Shown here piece after piece: positions 1 to 10,255 of a stretch of 64,000 bases of DNA (the first letter of the stretch is position 1; each line of letters opens with the position of its first letter). The stretch spans positions 26,522 through 90,521 of the forward strand of contig JBHPIO010000004.1 in assembly GCA_042568575.1 (NCBI GenBank), written 5' to 3'. This DNA is from Patescibacteria group bacterium. GTDB lineage: Bacteria > Patescibacteriota > Gracilibacteria > UBA1369 > PNNO01. The notes under the pieces are model-generated. The model worked only from the letters and a program-made list of their open reading frames with translations. It was not told the DNA's origin and ran no database searches. A program made the position numbers and the translations under genes.

Positions 1-15
1 GGGTGAATATGTGAA

Positions 16-930
16 TTAACCCTCAGAGCGTAATTTGTGCATTATTTGGATTGTAGCCATAACACCATCGCCTCCAGAAGCTGCGACCTGTTTTACGGAT
101 CCCTGCCTTATATCTCCCGCAGCATAAATACGCGGATTCGAGGATTTCATAAAGTTATCAACAATTACCTCTCCCTTTTCAAGATCTACCTGTCCTTCAA
201 GTACTTTTGAATTTGGAAGATATCCAATAAACACAAATACTCCATCTATTGGCATTTCATGTTCTTTGTCCTCTTTATTGTCATATAAAAGAACTCTATC
301 AACTTTATCGTTACCACGAACCTCTTTCACTTCATTGTTCATTAAAAACTCGATTTTGTCGTTGTTTTTAGCCAATTCTATAAGATATGGCTCTGCCCGA
401 AATTCGTCTTTTCTGTGTACAATTGTCACTTTTTTAGCAAATTTTGTAAGAGCAATTCCTTCATCAAGCGCTGAATCTCCACCACCTACAATTATGCAAT
501 CTTTGTCTTTGAAAAATGCTCCATCGCAAGTTGCACAGTACGAAACACCTTTCCCCCTAAATTTATCTTCGCCTGGAACTCCTAGTTTTCTAGGATTAGA
601 ACCTACCGCCGCAAGAAGATATTTAGTTTTATAAACATTATTTTTTGTAGTAATCTCCACATGATCATCGTGAACTTTAATATTTTCTGCTCCTTCATAT
701 TGCATGTTTAAACCAAACTTCTGTGCATGCTGCATGAATTTCTGCGCAAGCTCAAAACCTTCAATATGCTCATATCCTGGATAGTTTTCAATATTGTCAG
801 TTAAAAGAAGTTGCCCTCCAGGTGCATCTTTTTCAAGCAACATCACGTTTATATCTCCGCGAGATGCATAGATTCCAGCACTTAGTCCGGCTGCTCCACC
901 TCCTAAAATAATCATATCGTACATGTCCAT
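16..930 (-). CDS. trxB: Thioredoxin-disulfide reductase
   Basis: GGGAAG FAD motif, SYCATCDG redox CxxC, VGGGDSA NADPH motif, AAGD near the C-terminus. Start trimmed from the ORF-track 1017 to ATG 930 (MDMYDMIILG). Confidence 0.95.
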   Translation of the reverse strand: MDMYDMIILGGGAAGLSAGIYASRGDINVMLLEKDAPGGQLLLTDNIENYPGYEHIEGFELAQKFMQHAQKFGLNMQYEGAENIKVHDDHVEITTKNNVYKTKYLLAAVGSNPRKLGVPGEDKFRGKGVSYCATCDGAFFKDKDCIIVGGGDSALDEGIALTKFAKKVTIVHRKDEFRAEPYLIELAKNNDKIEFLMNNEVKEVRGNDKVDRVLLYDNKEDKEHEMPIDGVFVFIGYLPNSKVLEGQVDLEKGEVIVDNFMKSSNPRIYAAGDIRQGSVKQVAASGGDGVMATIQIMHKLRSEG

Positions 931-1115
931 ATTTCTGTTGTTAAATTGCAAATGACATTCTAGCAAAATTAATACTGCAAAGAAACACATAAATTCGCCT
1001 ATACATTGACTATACAAATGACTAGCCGACGAGTACCCGCCTGACTACCCTGGACAACTTTTTTGATCTTTTGATTTGGCTTGATTTAGGGAAAACAATA
1101 TGAGAATATAATAAT

Positions 1116-2276
1116 ATGGATGAACTAATATTTCAGCTCAGCATTATCGTTATTGCAACAGCAGTACTCAGTATTATTCTGGAGTTGTCGAGGCAACCAC
1201 TTCTTATAGCTTTTATATTTTCGGGATTGATTATCGGTCCTCAAGGACTTGGGCTTATTACGAATAATCTCTTCTTTGAGGCAATCGGGCAGGTGGGTAT
1301 CATTCTACTTCTATACTTAATAGGGCTGGAATTAAAAGCAAAAATATTTTCAGGCACTTTTGGAAAAGGCACATTAATAACGTTAGTTGCGAGCATGGCC
1401 ATATTCGTATCCGGGCTTATCATAGGCTTTTTAACACAAGTTGGTATTACTGAAACTTTCTATCTGGCTATTGTACTGGTATTTAGTAGTACGGTAGTTG
1501 TGATGAAACTCTTAAACGAAGAGAAGAATCCAAATCCTTACGTAAGACAATATTGTATTGCTGCCCTAATAACTCAGGACGTTTTGGCAATCATGATGTT
1601 ACTTTTCATCTCAAGTTCGCGTGAAGTTGGATATCTTGGAATGTTTGAAGCAGTTAAATTCTTACTCGAAGGCGCATTTGTATTTTTGCTAGCATTTGTT
1701 TTACAGCGATATGTTCTAAAACATATCGCACGAAAAATATTCCACAAACCGGATATCATGTTTCTTTTGGGACTTGCGTGGTGCTTCTTGTTTGCTGAAA
1801 TAGCTGAGTTCTTTAATTTCTCAAGAGAGATCGGCGCGTTTATCGCAGGAATTTCATTAACATTCCTCCCAGCCTACAAACTAAGAATTATTGTTAAAAA
1901 ATCAGAAACAATAAGGGATTTCTTTATGATCCTGTTCTTTTTTGTATTAGGTGCAAAAGTGGAATTTCAAAACCTCCAGCCTTATTCCGCACTCATAATA
2001 ATCGGACTTATTTTTGTAATATTCATAAAACCTTTAATCTTCAAGTATGCCTTCAAATTATTCAAAGCGGTACCAAATGAGAGTGTGGAAATCAGTGTAA
2101 GACTAGGGCAATTAAGCGAATTTTCTGTTATCGCTATTTTGCTTGGGGCAAGTGTCGGCCACATCTCGGGAGACTTCGCCATGGCAGTTGAAGTAATTAT
2201 GTTCCTTTCAATAATAGTATCAACGTACTTTGTTAAATACATTCCTTTCTATAAATTTGGCAAAGAAAAAGATTAG
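1116..2276 (+). CDS. CPA2-family cation:proton antiporter (KefB-like, no KTN domain)
   Basis: Polytopic hydrophobic protein with GLIIGP, LYLIGLEL, FSSTVVVMK, QD and QLSEFS motifs. Confidence 0.85.
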   Translation: MDELIFQLSIIVIATAVLSIILELSRQPLLIAFIFSGLIIGPQGLGLITNNLFFEAIGQVGIILLLYLIGLELKAKIFSGTFGKGTLITLVASMAIFVSGLIIGFLTQVGITETFYLAIVLVFSSTVVVMKLLNEEKNPNPYVRQYCIAALITQDVLAIMMLLFISSSREVGYLGMFEAVKFLLEGAFVFLLAFVLQRYVLKHIARKIFHKPDIMFLLGLAWCFLFAEIAEFFNFSREIGAFIAGISLTFLPAYKLRIIVKKSETIRDFFMILFFFVLGAKVEFQNLQPYSALIIIGLIFVIFIKPLIFKYAFKLFKAVPNESVEISVRLGQLSEFSVIAILLGASVGHISGDFAMAVEVIMFLSIIVSTYFVKYIPFYKFGKEKD

Positions 2277-2279
2277 AGT

Positions 2280-3116
2280 CTAACGGTAAGTTTTCACAGA
2301 AGGGCACTCTTTCGGGATCTTTTTGAATAAGTACTTTTTGAAATAAACCCACGAATCTTTAATGTGGATTCTCATTGTTTTTTTGCGAAATACATCCATA
2401 ACCCCGCCTTCGGATAACCGTGCTTCATTATGCAAAGCTTTCGCTTCTCCAACAAAATGAACTTCGTATCCCTTTTCCCATGCATCACGGCAAATTACAA
2501 CGTCAGACATAAACAAAAAATAATCCTCTGAGTTTGGGCCCGCCTCATCCCAGCATTTTCTTGTAACAACCTGAAATGCACCAGTAAACCAATCAACAGG
2601 TTCGTTCTTTTCTGCATCTTTATCCCACATTAAATATCTGCCCATCCTTCTCTTCATCATTTTTCTTAAAAAAGGAATTCGCTTCACAATCAAATCAAAT
2701 GGTCTTGGGAAAACCCGATAATTATCCTGAACTTTCCCGCTTGGATAAATTAGTCGAGGCGCAACCACTCCAACTTTCGGATGATTTTTAAAATAACTTA
2801 AAAGCTTCGTAAACGTATCTTCATCAATCACAATATCTGGATTTACCATCGCTATATATTCTGCATCGGTCTTTTCGATTCCGAAGTTATTTCCCTGAGG
2901 AAAGCCTTTATTCGGTATATCAAAAAATCTTACATTTAATCCGTTGCGGCAAGATTCTGGAATTTGCCCATTCCCATTTTTCTCCCCATTATCAACAACA
3001 ACAATTTCCGTTCGTTCTGGGAGCTCAGCTTTTTGAAGTGCTTCAAGGTTCTCCGTAACTTCTTTCGGAGTGTTATGATGAAGGATAACTATTGCAAGTT
3101 CATTCTTTGGCAACAA
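2280..3116 (-). CDS. Glycosyltransferase family 2 (rhamnosyltransferase-like)
   Basis: VVVDN, N.GF..GNN.G, VNPD, VDWFTGA, YFLFMSD motifs; TTG start. Confidence 0.85.
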   Translation of the reverse strand: MLPKNELAIVILHHNTPKEVTENLEALQKAELPERTEIVVVDNGEKNGNGQIPESCRNGLNVRFFDIPNKGFPQGNNFGIEKTDAEYIAMVNPDIVIDEDTFTKLLSYFKNHPKVGVVAPRLIYPSGKVQDNYRVFPRPFDLIVKRIPFLRKMMKRRMGRYLMWDKDAEKNEPVDWFTGAFQVVTRKCWDEAGPNSEDYFLFMSDVVICRDAWEKGYEVHFVGEAKALHNEARLSEGGVMDVFRKKTMRIHIKDSWVYFKKYLFKKIPKECPSVKTYR

Positions 3117-3122
3117 GTGGCT

Positions 3123-4076
3123 TTAGGTTAAGAAATACGATTCCATTTCTTTGGGTGTGATTTTCATTTCGGGCTTTTCAAGATTTTTCATTTTTCTAAC
3201 TTTAAAATACTCTCCCGCAACCTCAGGTTTTGTAAGACGATAATAAAGGAATTTCGCCATTTCGTATACAAACACCGAGACTTTTGTCTTAAGCGAATAT
3301 TTTTTACTAAAATTATTTCGAAGCAGAATTCTGTGATTTTTATAACTCATCGTTGCTTCAAACAAGGATTTCTTTTTCCCTTTCCCAAGCGTCCTCGCAT
3401 GATAGCCTAGTACATTTTTCAAAAAAGAAATTTTCATTCCTTGCCACCTCATTCGATATGCAAGATCAACATCTTCCTTATACATAAAAATATTTTCATC
3501 AAAAATCGTATGCTGTGAACCATGAAGTTTAAAAATGCATGAACGCCTTATAAAAAAAGCTGCACCCGAAACTCCAAAAACATCATTAATTGTCGCATCA
3601 TACTGACCTTTATCCTTCTTCCCTTGCCCACGATCCCAAAAATGATGAGCCTTGCTTCCAACAACACCTAAAGTATCAATGATGTCGGTTTTTTTGTCGT
3701 TCTCAAAATCCCAATGATGCAATTTTGCAGCCACAACACAGGTTTCTTCGTCCTCATCAAGATGTTTCACGCAAGCTTCAAACCCTTCTTTTTCAATCAA
3801 GATGTCATTATTAACGCAAAAATAATAATCAGAAGCCGGAGACATTTCAACGATATAATTATGACCTTTCCCAAATCCGGTATTTCCATCTTTATGCCTT
3901 ATAAAGTCGATTTGAGGATATTCTTTTTCGATAAACTTTTTGATCTCGTCATTGCCAGCATTATCAAGAATAACAATATGGGTATTTTCAAAATCAACAA
4001 TCGTTGGCAGCATCTTTTCCAGATAATGCTTATCGTTAAATGAAATAATTCCAATAACTGTTTTTACTTTCTCCAC
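3123..4076 (-). CDS. Glycosyltransferase family 2
   Basis: ILDNA, NTGFGKGHN, VNND, GVSGAA, FDENIFMYKEDVDL motifs; GTG start. Confidence 0.85.
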   Translation of the reverse strand: MEKVKTVIGIISFNDKHYLEKMLPTIVDFENTHIVILDNAGNDEIKKFIEKEYPQIDFIRHKDGNTGFGKGHNYIVEMSPASDYYFCVNNDILIEKEGFEACVKHLDEDEETCVVAAKLHHWDFENDKKTDIIDTLGVVGSKAHHFWDRGQGKKDKGQYDATINDVFGVSGAAFFIRRSCIFKLHGSQHTIFDENIFMYKEDVDLAYRMRWQGMKISFLKNVLGYHARTLGKGKKKSLFEATMSYKNHRILLRNNFSKKYSLKTKVSVFVYEMAKFLYYRLTKPEVAGEYFKVRKMKNLEKPEMKITPKEMESYFLT

Positions 4077-4148
4077 ACTAAAAAGGTTAGGCGGCTTGTA
4101 CTATACCACCTTCAAAAACGTTTGACTATAGATCGTCAAGTCGTTTTT

Positions 4149-5357
4149 TTATGCGAACCTGTCCTTGATTTTTTTAGCCATTCTTCTTCTTTCGGCTTTA
4201 CCAGTTATATGTATTCCATCGTTTGATTTGCTTTTCGGCAAAGTAACCGTTCGTGCATTTCCAAAGTTTATATGCCTTTTTTGAGCCATAATCCAATGAT
4301 TAACATTTAACCAACGAGTATAACAAGCTTGCTCTGCAGCTTTATAATAGGCGATCGGATCATTGTTGTATCTTCTTTTGTACACTCTTGGAACCTTCTT
4401 CCAATATTTCGTCCTCCAATATGCAGCTTTTAGCCCGCTTAATCTGCGACGTTTTTCCCTATATTTTCTTGCAACATATCCACCCAACGGAGGTATGGTA
4501 CACAAATGAAGTCTGATTCCTTTTGCTTCAAGAAGTTTGCGTATTTCTTTATATTTTTTAACAGTCGGATCTTGCTCGACAGATCTTCTCACATAGGCCA
4601 GAGATGCAGTAGTCGACATATCGTTTGTTCCTATCATCAAGACAACATCAGTCACACCCTTCTCTATAAACTTTTTTATATTTTCTTTTACCCTATTTTT
4701 TGCCCATAGGGACCCCTTCCCACCTCCGACTATTTTTAATGTTGGCCTTTTGTTGATTGTATTTAGATGCCCTCCCACAAACCATTTTCCTCCATTTGAA
4801 TCTGCTATATAGGCAACACGTTTTGCTTTCCCTTTTATTTCAGGATGTCTTTTTTGAGTTTTTGGTAATTTTGCAACCGGCGGCACAACAACAGGAGCCT
4901 TTTTAACTAGTGGTTTTTTCACCGGAGCTGGTGGCAAACCGCTCTTTTTAGCAAATTTCTTTCTTTTATCTTTTTGATATTCGGGGAAAATTGCCTTAAG
5001 CTCCTTTCCTTTCTTGTGCTGAAGTAAATATTGAAGTGTATATGGTCCTAATTTTCCATCTTTATATTCTGCGTATCCATATGGCTCTGAGCGACTACCT
5101 TTTGGAATATCTGGAAATCCTAATATGTTCTGGATGCTGATTACATTCACCAATCTATCTTTAGAAGGCTTTATACCTAGCGCCTTACACGCTTTCACGA
5201 GAAAAGCATCTGGCTTAATAGAAGAAGGAAGTTTTTCTGTAAGAAAACTCTGAGTATATGAGTTGCGCGATTCTTTTGTTTCAGAAAGATCACGAATATA
5301 CCGCGCTTCCGCAGCTCCTTTTAATGTCTGTTTTTTCATTACCTCAAAACGGTTCAT
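4149..5357 (-). CDS. Highly basic SGNH/GDSL-hydrolase-like protein
   Basis: Block I YIADSNG (GDS variant), block III MIGTND, block V DGIH, after a Lys/Pro-rich linker. Confidence 0.6.
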   Translation of the reverse strand: MNRFEVMKKQTLKGAAEARYIRDLSETKESRNSYTQSFLTEKLPSSIKPDAFLVKACKALGIKPSKDRLVNVISIQNILGFPDIPKGSRSEPYGYAEYKDGKLGPYTLQYLLQHKKGKELKAIFPEYQKDKRKKFAKKSGLPPAPVKKPLVKKAPVVVPPVAKLPKTQKRHPEIKGKAKRVAYIADSNGGKWFVGGHLNTINKRPTLKIVGGGKGSLWAKNRVKENIKKFIEKGVTDVVLMIGTNDMSTTASLAYVRRSVEQDPTVKKYKEIRKLLEAKGIRLHLCTIPPLGGYVARKYREKRRRLSGLKAAYWRTKYWKKVPRVYKRRYNNDPIAYYKAAEQACYTRWLNVNHWIMAQKRHINFGNARTVTLPKSKSNDGIHITGKAERRRMAKKIKDRFA

Positions 5358-5431
5358 TTTTTTGTTTTAATTTTTCTTACTATTTTAGCATAAAAAAGCC
5401 ATTTTTTCAACAGCCAGAGCGCAATTTTTAT

Positions 5432-6421
5432 CTAAAAAGTGCTGTTTTGAATATGAACAAAAATCTCCTTAAAAGAGATCTCGCGATTGAAAAATTTCTC
5501 AACTGCTTCTTCGTTGGCCTGATTAAGCTTTTGCGGCAAATTTCCTTTTCGAGACAAGACGTCATAAGCAAATTGCAAAGAAGGAAATTTCTTTGCATCA
5601 GGTTCATAAAATTCAAGCTTCTGATTAGCCAAATCTATTCGTGGAAGTTCATTCTTTTTTGCATTTGGATAATAAAGGGCATATGAAATCGGCAAACTCA
5701 TGTCTGGATATCCCATGTGTGCAATATTACTTCCATCTTTAAAATAAACGATTGCATGAACAATACATTGCGGATGGATAAGCACTTCTATCTGCTCCGG
5801 ATCGAGATCAAAAAGATATTTAGCCTCAATAATTTCAAGCGATTTATTCATCAAAGTAGCTGAATCGACCGTTATTTTCTTGCCCATTTTCCATGTTGGA
5901 TGATCAAGCGCTTCTTCAAGCGTCACATCGTCTAGTTTTTCCCTGTTCCAAAAAGGACCACCTGAACAAGTTAAAACTACCTTTTCAATATCAGATTTAT
6001 TTCGACCTTGAAGGCACTGGAAAATTCCTGAGTGTTCGGAATCGACAGGAATAAAATCGGCGTTATTTTCGCGGACTGTTTTCATTATAGTCTCGCCGTG
6101 TTCAACTATCATTTCTTTGTTTCCCATGGCAATTTTTTTGCCAGCATTGATTGCAGCCAGTACAACAGGAGTCCAGTCTGCGCCTCTGCAAGCCACGACA
6201 ACAACATCTACATCTTTTTGAGTAACCATCTCTTCGGCTTCTTCACGAGTAAGCACTCCTCCATATTTTGGTTTAAATTCTGCAACCTGATCTTTAATTT
6301 TTTCATTCGAACGGGTGGCTAACCCAACAATTTCAAAATCATCTGGATTTGCTCGAATAACATCCAAAGTTTGTGTACCCATTGATCCGGTGGATCCTAA
6401 AATTATAATTTTCTTACGCAT
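5432..6421 (-). CDS. dxr: 1-deoxy-D-xylulose-5-phosphate reductoisomerase
   Basis: LGSTGSMG, GNKE, PVDSEHS, HPTWKMGKKITVDSATLMNK.LE, PDM.LPI. Confidence 0.95.
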   Translation of the reverse strand: MRKKIIILGSTGSMGTQTLDVIRANPDDFEIVGLATRSNEKIKDQVAEFKPKYGGVLTREEAEEMVTQKDVDVVVVACRGADWTPVVLAAINAGKKIAMGNKEMIVEHGETIMKTVRENNADFIPVDSEHSGIFQCLQGRNKSDIEKVVLTCSGGPFWNREKLDDVTLEEALDHPTWKMGKKITVDSATLMNKSLEIIEAKYLFDLDPEQIEVLIHPQCIVHAIVYFKDGSNIAHMGYPDMSLPISYALYYPNAKKNELPRIDLANQKLEFYEPDAKKFPSLQFAYDVLSRKGNLPQKLNQANEEAVEKFFNREISFKEIFVHIQNSTF

Positions 6422-7496
6422 GATCCTGTTTTATTAATGCCAAAAGTTCATCTAAAAGTTCGCTTTCTGGAACCGTTTTTACAAATTCACCTTTTCGATA
6501 TAATGCTCCATGTTTTCTTCCTCCGGCAATCCCATAATCTGCCTCGCGAGATTCTCCAGGCCCATTTACAACACAACCCATAACGGCAATTTTGACTGGT
6601 TTTTCAATATGGGCAGTTAGTTTTTCAACTTCGTAAGTTAAATTTTCGACATCAATTTCCGTGCGTGAACATGTAGGACAGGATTTAATAATCGGTTCCT
6701 TGTGATACATATCAAGCGACTTCAAAATTTCTTTTGCAGTTTTAATTTCTTGAACTGGATCTGCAGTTAATGAAACACGAATCGTATTTCCAATGCCTTC
6801 TTGCAAAAGAGTTCCGACTCCAACAGCATTTCTAACAATCCCTGGGATTAATGTCCCGGCCTCGGTAACGCCTATATGAAGCGGATATTCACAGTTGTCC
6901 GCAAACATTCGATGCGCCTGAATAAAATCCAAAACGTCTGTTGTTTTTAATGAAACAACAATGTCGTGAAATCCAAGTTTCTCACAAAATTTAATTCCAT
7001 TTTCCGCAGACTCAATTAGAGCCTCAGGTGTTGGATGGCCATATTTATCTAAAAGTTCTTTTTCTAATGATCCCGCATTAATTCCAATCCGAATAGTCGT
7101 CCCTGCTTTTTTGGCAGCATTAACAACCTCTTCGACTTTTTCTGGTGCACCAATATTCCCAGGATTTATTCGAATTTTATCAACACCATTTTTTATTGAT
7201 TCAACCGCAAGCCTATGATCAAAATGGATGTCAGCAACAAGCGGAATATTTGTATTCTCAATAATTTTCGGCAAAGCCTTTGCAGCTTCAAAATCCGGGA
7301 CTGCAACACGCACTATTTCACACTTTTCTTTTTCAAGAGCATGAATTTGTTCAACAGTCGTCTTCCAATCATGTGTCTTTGTGTTACACATCGACTGGAT
7401 AGCAACAGCATGTTTACCTCCAATAGTTAGAGCGCCTTTATTTGGCTTACCTATATGTATTTCACGCGTAATGCGCTTCATTTTTTGCACTGCCAT
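6414..7496 (-). CDS. ispG: HMBPP synthase
   Basis: QSMCNT, PLVADIHF, RINPGN, PLHIGVTEAG, SCPTCSR, MGCVVNGPGE. Start trimmed to ATG 7496. Confidence 0.95.
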   Translation of the reverse strand: MAVQKMKRITREIHIGKPNKGALTIGGKHAVAIQSMCNTKTHDWKTTVEQIHALEKEKCEIVRVAVPDFEAAKALPKIIENTNIPLVADIHFDHRLAVESIKNGVDKIRINPGNIGAPEKVEEVVNAAKKAGTTIRIGINAGSLEKELLDKYGHPTPEALIESAENGIKFCEKLGFHDIVVSLKTTDVLDFIQAHRMFADNCEYPLHIGVTEAGTLIPGIVRNAVGVGTLLQEGIGNTIRVSLTADPVQEIKTAKEILKSLDMYHKEPIIKSCPTCSRTEIDVENLTYEVEKLTAHIEKPVKIAVMGCVVNGPGESREADYGIAGGRKHGALYRKGEFVKTVPESELLDELLALIKQDHA

Positions 7497-7594
7497 AATT
7501 GTAAAGATTATGCTCAGCAAGCTTTTTGGGAGTTCACTCTATCATAAATGTTTGAAAATTTGCAATTTTGTATTTGGTTAAGCTGCTAAACTGC

Positions 7595-7624
7595 TTGACT
7601 TTTATGCGGCTTTTCTTCTATTAT
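7595..7624 (+). promoter_or_regulatory. sigma70 promoter of infC-rpmI-rplT
   Basis: TTGACT-18 bp-TATTAT, followed by a small AGCGCT/AGCGCT hairpin (7630-7648). Confidence 0.55.
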
Positions 7625-7674
7625 CCTTAAGCGCTCAGTTCAAGCGCTGGAAATCTAATCTTAACTCCTCCTAT

Positions 7675-8184
7675 ATAAGCAAGAAATTGAGGATTAATGA
7701 AGCCATCTCAACACCTACTGTTCGACTGATTGACGATCAGGGAGAACAGCTTGGGATAATGGCTACAGCCGATGCAAAAGCCAAGGCAAATGAGAAAGCG
7801 CTAGACATCGTAGAAGTGTCCCCAGAGGCAAATCCCCCTGTATGCAAACTGATGGACTATGGAAAACATCAGTATCGCCAAAAAAAGATAGATCAGAAGC
7901 ATCGAAAGATGCAGAAGCAGAGCGAAGTAAAGGGCGTAAGAATCGGATTTAGAACTGATGAACACGATCTGGAAGTAAAGAGAAAGCAAGCTGAAAAATT
8001 CTTGAAAGCACGCAACATTGTAAAAGTTGCACTCATATTTAAAGGTCGCGAACTAGCACATGTGGATAGGGCCAAAGATAAACTTATAAAATTCGCGGAA
8101 ACACTTGAAGGAATCGGAACTGTGGAAGAAGGCCCAAAAAGACAAGGAAATAACTTAATTATGATATTAACTCCATTAAAATAA
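7675..8184 (+). CDS. infC: Translation initiation factor IF-3 (non-AUG start, probably ATA)
   Basis: RINEAI..VRLID, PPVCKLMDYGK, FKGRE. No in-frame ATG at the N-terminus; ATA AGC AAG AAA TTG AGG gives the typical ISK..RIN start. Confidence 0.95.
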   Translation: MSKKLRINEAISTPTVRLIDDQGEQLGIMATADAKAKANEKALDIVEVSPEANPPVCKLMDYGKHQYRQKKIDQKHRKMQKQSEVKGVRIGFRTDEHDLEVKRKQAEKFLKARNIVKVALIFKGRELAHVDRAKDKLIKFAETLEGIGTVEEGPKRQGNNLIMILTPLK

Positions 8185-8191
8185 CATTATC

Positions 8192-8380
8192 ATGAAGAAA
8201 AAATCTCATAGTGGCGCAAAAAAACGTGTAAAAAAGACTGGAACTGGAAAGTTCGTTGTTCAAAAATCATGCAAAAACCACTTGCTTGTAAATAAATCGA
8301 AACGTCAAAAAAAGCTGTTTAAGAAAGGAAAAACAGCGGAAGATCCTCAACAGAAAATACTGGCTAAATTACTTGCATAA
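8192..8380 (+). CDS. rpmI: 50S ribosomal protein L35
   Basis: KSHSGAKKRVKKTGTGK...HLL..KSKRQK; operon position. Confidence 0.95.
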   Translation: MKKKSHSGAKKRVKKTGTGKFVVQKSCKNHLLVNKSKRQKKLFKKGKTAEDPQQKILAKLLA

Positions 8381-8404
8381 ACTATTTATTAATACTCACA
8401 TAGT

Positions 8405-8758
8405 ATGACGCGCATCAAAAGAGGCGTAATTGCCCACCGTAGGCACAGAAAAATTGTCAGCGCTGCCAAAGGTTATCGTGGTAAAAGAAGCACCACATTC
8501 AAGCAAGCGAAAAACGCAGTCATGAAAGCAGGAATCAATGCTTATCGTGATAGAAGGCTCAAGAAGAGAACCTTCAGACAAATGTGGATTACCCGAATCA
8601 ACGCAGCGTGTCGAGCAAACGGCATCACCTACAGCCGATTTATCAATGCTCTTCTAAGAGAAGATATCCAAATTGATAGAAAAATGCTCGCTGACCTAGC
8701 GGTACACAATGAGGAAGCCTTTAAAGCAATCACTGAAAGGGCAAAATCAGCCGCATAG
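8405..8758 (+). CDS. rplT: 50S ribosomal protein L20
   Basis: [36 protein letters not shown]. Confidence 0.97.
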   Translation: MTRIKRGVIAHRRHRKIVSAAKGYRGKRSTTFKQAKNAVMKAGINAYRDRRLKKRTFRQMWITRINAACRANGITYSRFINALLREDIQIDRKMLADLAVHNEEAFKAITERAKSAA

Positions 8759-8776
8759 ATTAAGGCAAAATTTGAG

Positions 8777-8812
8777 AATAGGCACTTCGCAAGATGTGCC
8801 TATTTTTCTTTT
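8777..8812 (+). terminator. Intrinsic terminator after rplT
   Basis: AATAGGCAC/GTGCCTATT stem followed by a T-rich tract. Confidence 0.8.
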
Positions 8813-8868
8813 AAAACTGCTTCTTTTGACATATAATGCTTTTGGCAAATTGCTTGCTTAAATTATAT

Positions 8869-10158
8869 ATGAAATCTCTCTTTAGAAAAATTGTTCTTAA
8901 AGTGCTTGAAGTACTTGCGCGAATCAAGCTTAAACGAATGGGCGCAAAGACGATTGGCATCACCGGAGCAGTAGGCAAAACATCTTGTAAAGAGGTTGTT
9001 TTTTCTGTCCTGGCAAAAAAATATAAAGTTCTTAGAAACGAGAAAAGTTTTAATAGCGAATTTGGACTTCCTTTGACAATTCTTCATCAAAAGTCGGGAT
9101 TTTCGTCACCTGTTCAGTGGCTGAAAATTCTTGTTAAAGGCTTTTTTCGAACATTCTTTGTGAAAGATAAATACGATTTTATTATTCTTGAAATGGGTGT
9201 CGATAAAGCAGGAGATATGGACTTTTTAACAAAGATCGCGCCGCCCGATATTGCTTTAATTACAGCAATTAAGCCGGTGCATATGGCGTCTGGTCAGTTC
9301 GCTACCGTTAACGAAATCTTTAATGAGAAAAAGAAAATTTTTGATTCTTTGAAAAACGACGGAATAGCTTTAATCGCAATCGACGATAAATTTGTTGGAT
9401 CGCTTGCGAATTCTGTTGAATGTAAAAAGTGCATCACATATGGTGTGTCAGGAAATGCGAAAGTGCATGCAAGAAATGTGACTCAAGCTGAAAAAGGCCT
9501 GACTTTCAGCGTTCACTATCAAAATAAAGAATATCAATTCAGAACGAATCTTTTTGGAGAGTATCAGCTTTCGATACTCATGCCAGCGATAATTCTTGGG
9601 CTAATTAACGACGTGCCAATCCAGGAAATTCAAGATGCTATTGCAAGCTTTAGATTGCCGCCAGGAAGACTAAGTTTAATAAAAGGCACCAAGGACACTT
9701 TGATTTTGGATAGTTCGTATAATGCTTCGCCTGAAGCTGTGATTGAATCGCTTAAGGTTCTCGACTTTTTCGGAAAAAAACGAAACAAAAGGCGAATATT
9801 TCTATTCGGAAACATGAATGAACTCGGACAAAATTCAAGAGAGCTTCATGAAAATGTTGGAAAACAAATTCCTGCTTCCACTGATATTCTAATTACGGTA
9901 GGTGAAGACGTTAAGTTTGCGGCTGATCAAGCCATTAAAGGCGGGCTTGCGGCAGAGAACATTCGAACGCTGAATTCCGCAAAAGAAGCTGCTGATTATT
10001 ACAAAAAAATCATGCAAGAAGGAGATATTATTTTGGCAAAAGGATCTCAAAATAAAGTACGTTTAGAAATTTTCGTTAAGGAATTGATGGCTAACCCAGA
10101 AGAGGCAAAAGAAAAGCTTGTCAGGCAAGGCAAAAACTGGGAGAATATAGCTCCATAA
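8869..10158 (+). CDS. murF: UDP-MurNAc-tripeptide D-Ala-D-Ala ligase
   Basis: GITGAVGKTS.KE, SFNSEFGLPLTI, LEMGVD..GDM, DSSYNASP, GNMNELG, AKGSQ. Start trimmed to ATG 8869. Confidence 0.9.
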   Translation: MKSLFRKIVLKVLEVLARIKLKRMGAKTIGITGAVGKTSCKEVVFSVLAKKYKVLRNEKSFNSEFGLPLTILHQKSGFSSPVQWLKILVKGFFRTFFVKDKYDFIILEMGVDKAGDMDFLTKIAPPDIALITAIKPVHMASGQFATVNEIFNEKKKIFDSLKNDGIALIAIDDKFVGSLANSVECKKCITYGVSGNAKVHARNVTQAEKGLTFSVHYQNKEYQFRTNLFGEYQLSILMPAIILGLINDVPIQEIQDAIASFRLPPGRLSLIKGTKDTLILDSSYNASPEAVIESLKVLDFFGKKRNKRRIFLFGNMNELGQNSRELHENVGKQIPASTDILITVGEDVKFAADQAIKGGLAAENIRTLNSAKEAADYYKKIMQEGDIILAKGSQNKVRLEIFVKELMANPEEAKEKLVRQGKNWENIAP

Positions 10159-10228
10159 TGTGCCAATGCCCTCATGATACGTTCGGCTACGCCTAAAGTA
10201 GCATCATTCGAACATCGCCACATTATGG
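10153..10228. repeat. Intergenic imperfect palindrome (REP/MITE-like)
   Basis: CCATAATGTG/CACATTATGG outer inverted repeat enclosing ATGAT/ATCAT, GTTCG/CGAAC and GCTAC/GTAGC. Confidence 0.4.
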
Positions 10229-10255
10229 CAGAGGGAAGAATTTGTAATCAAGCTT

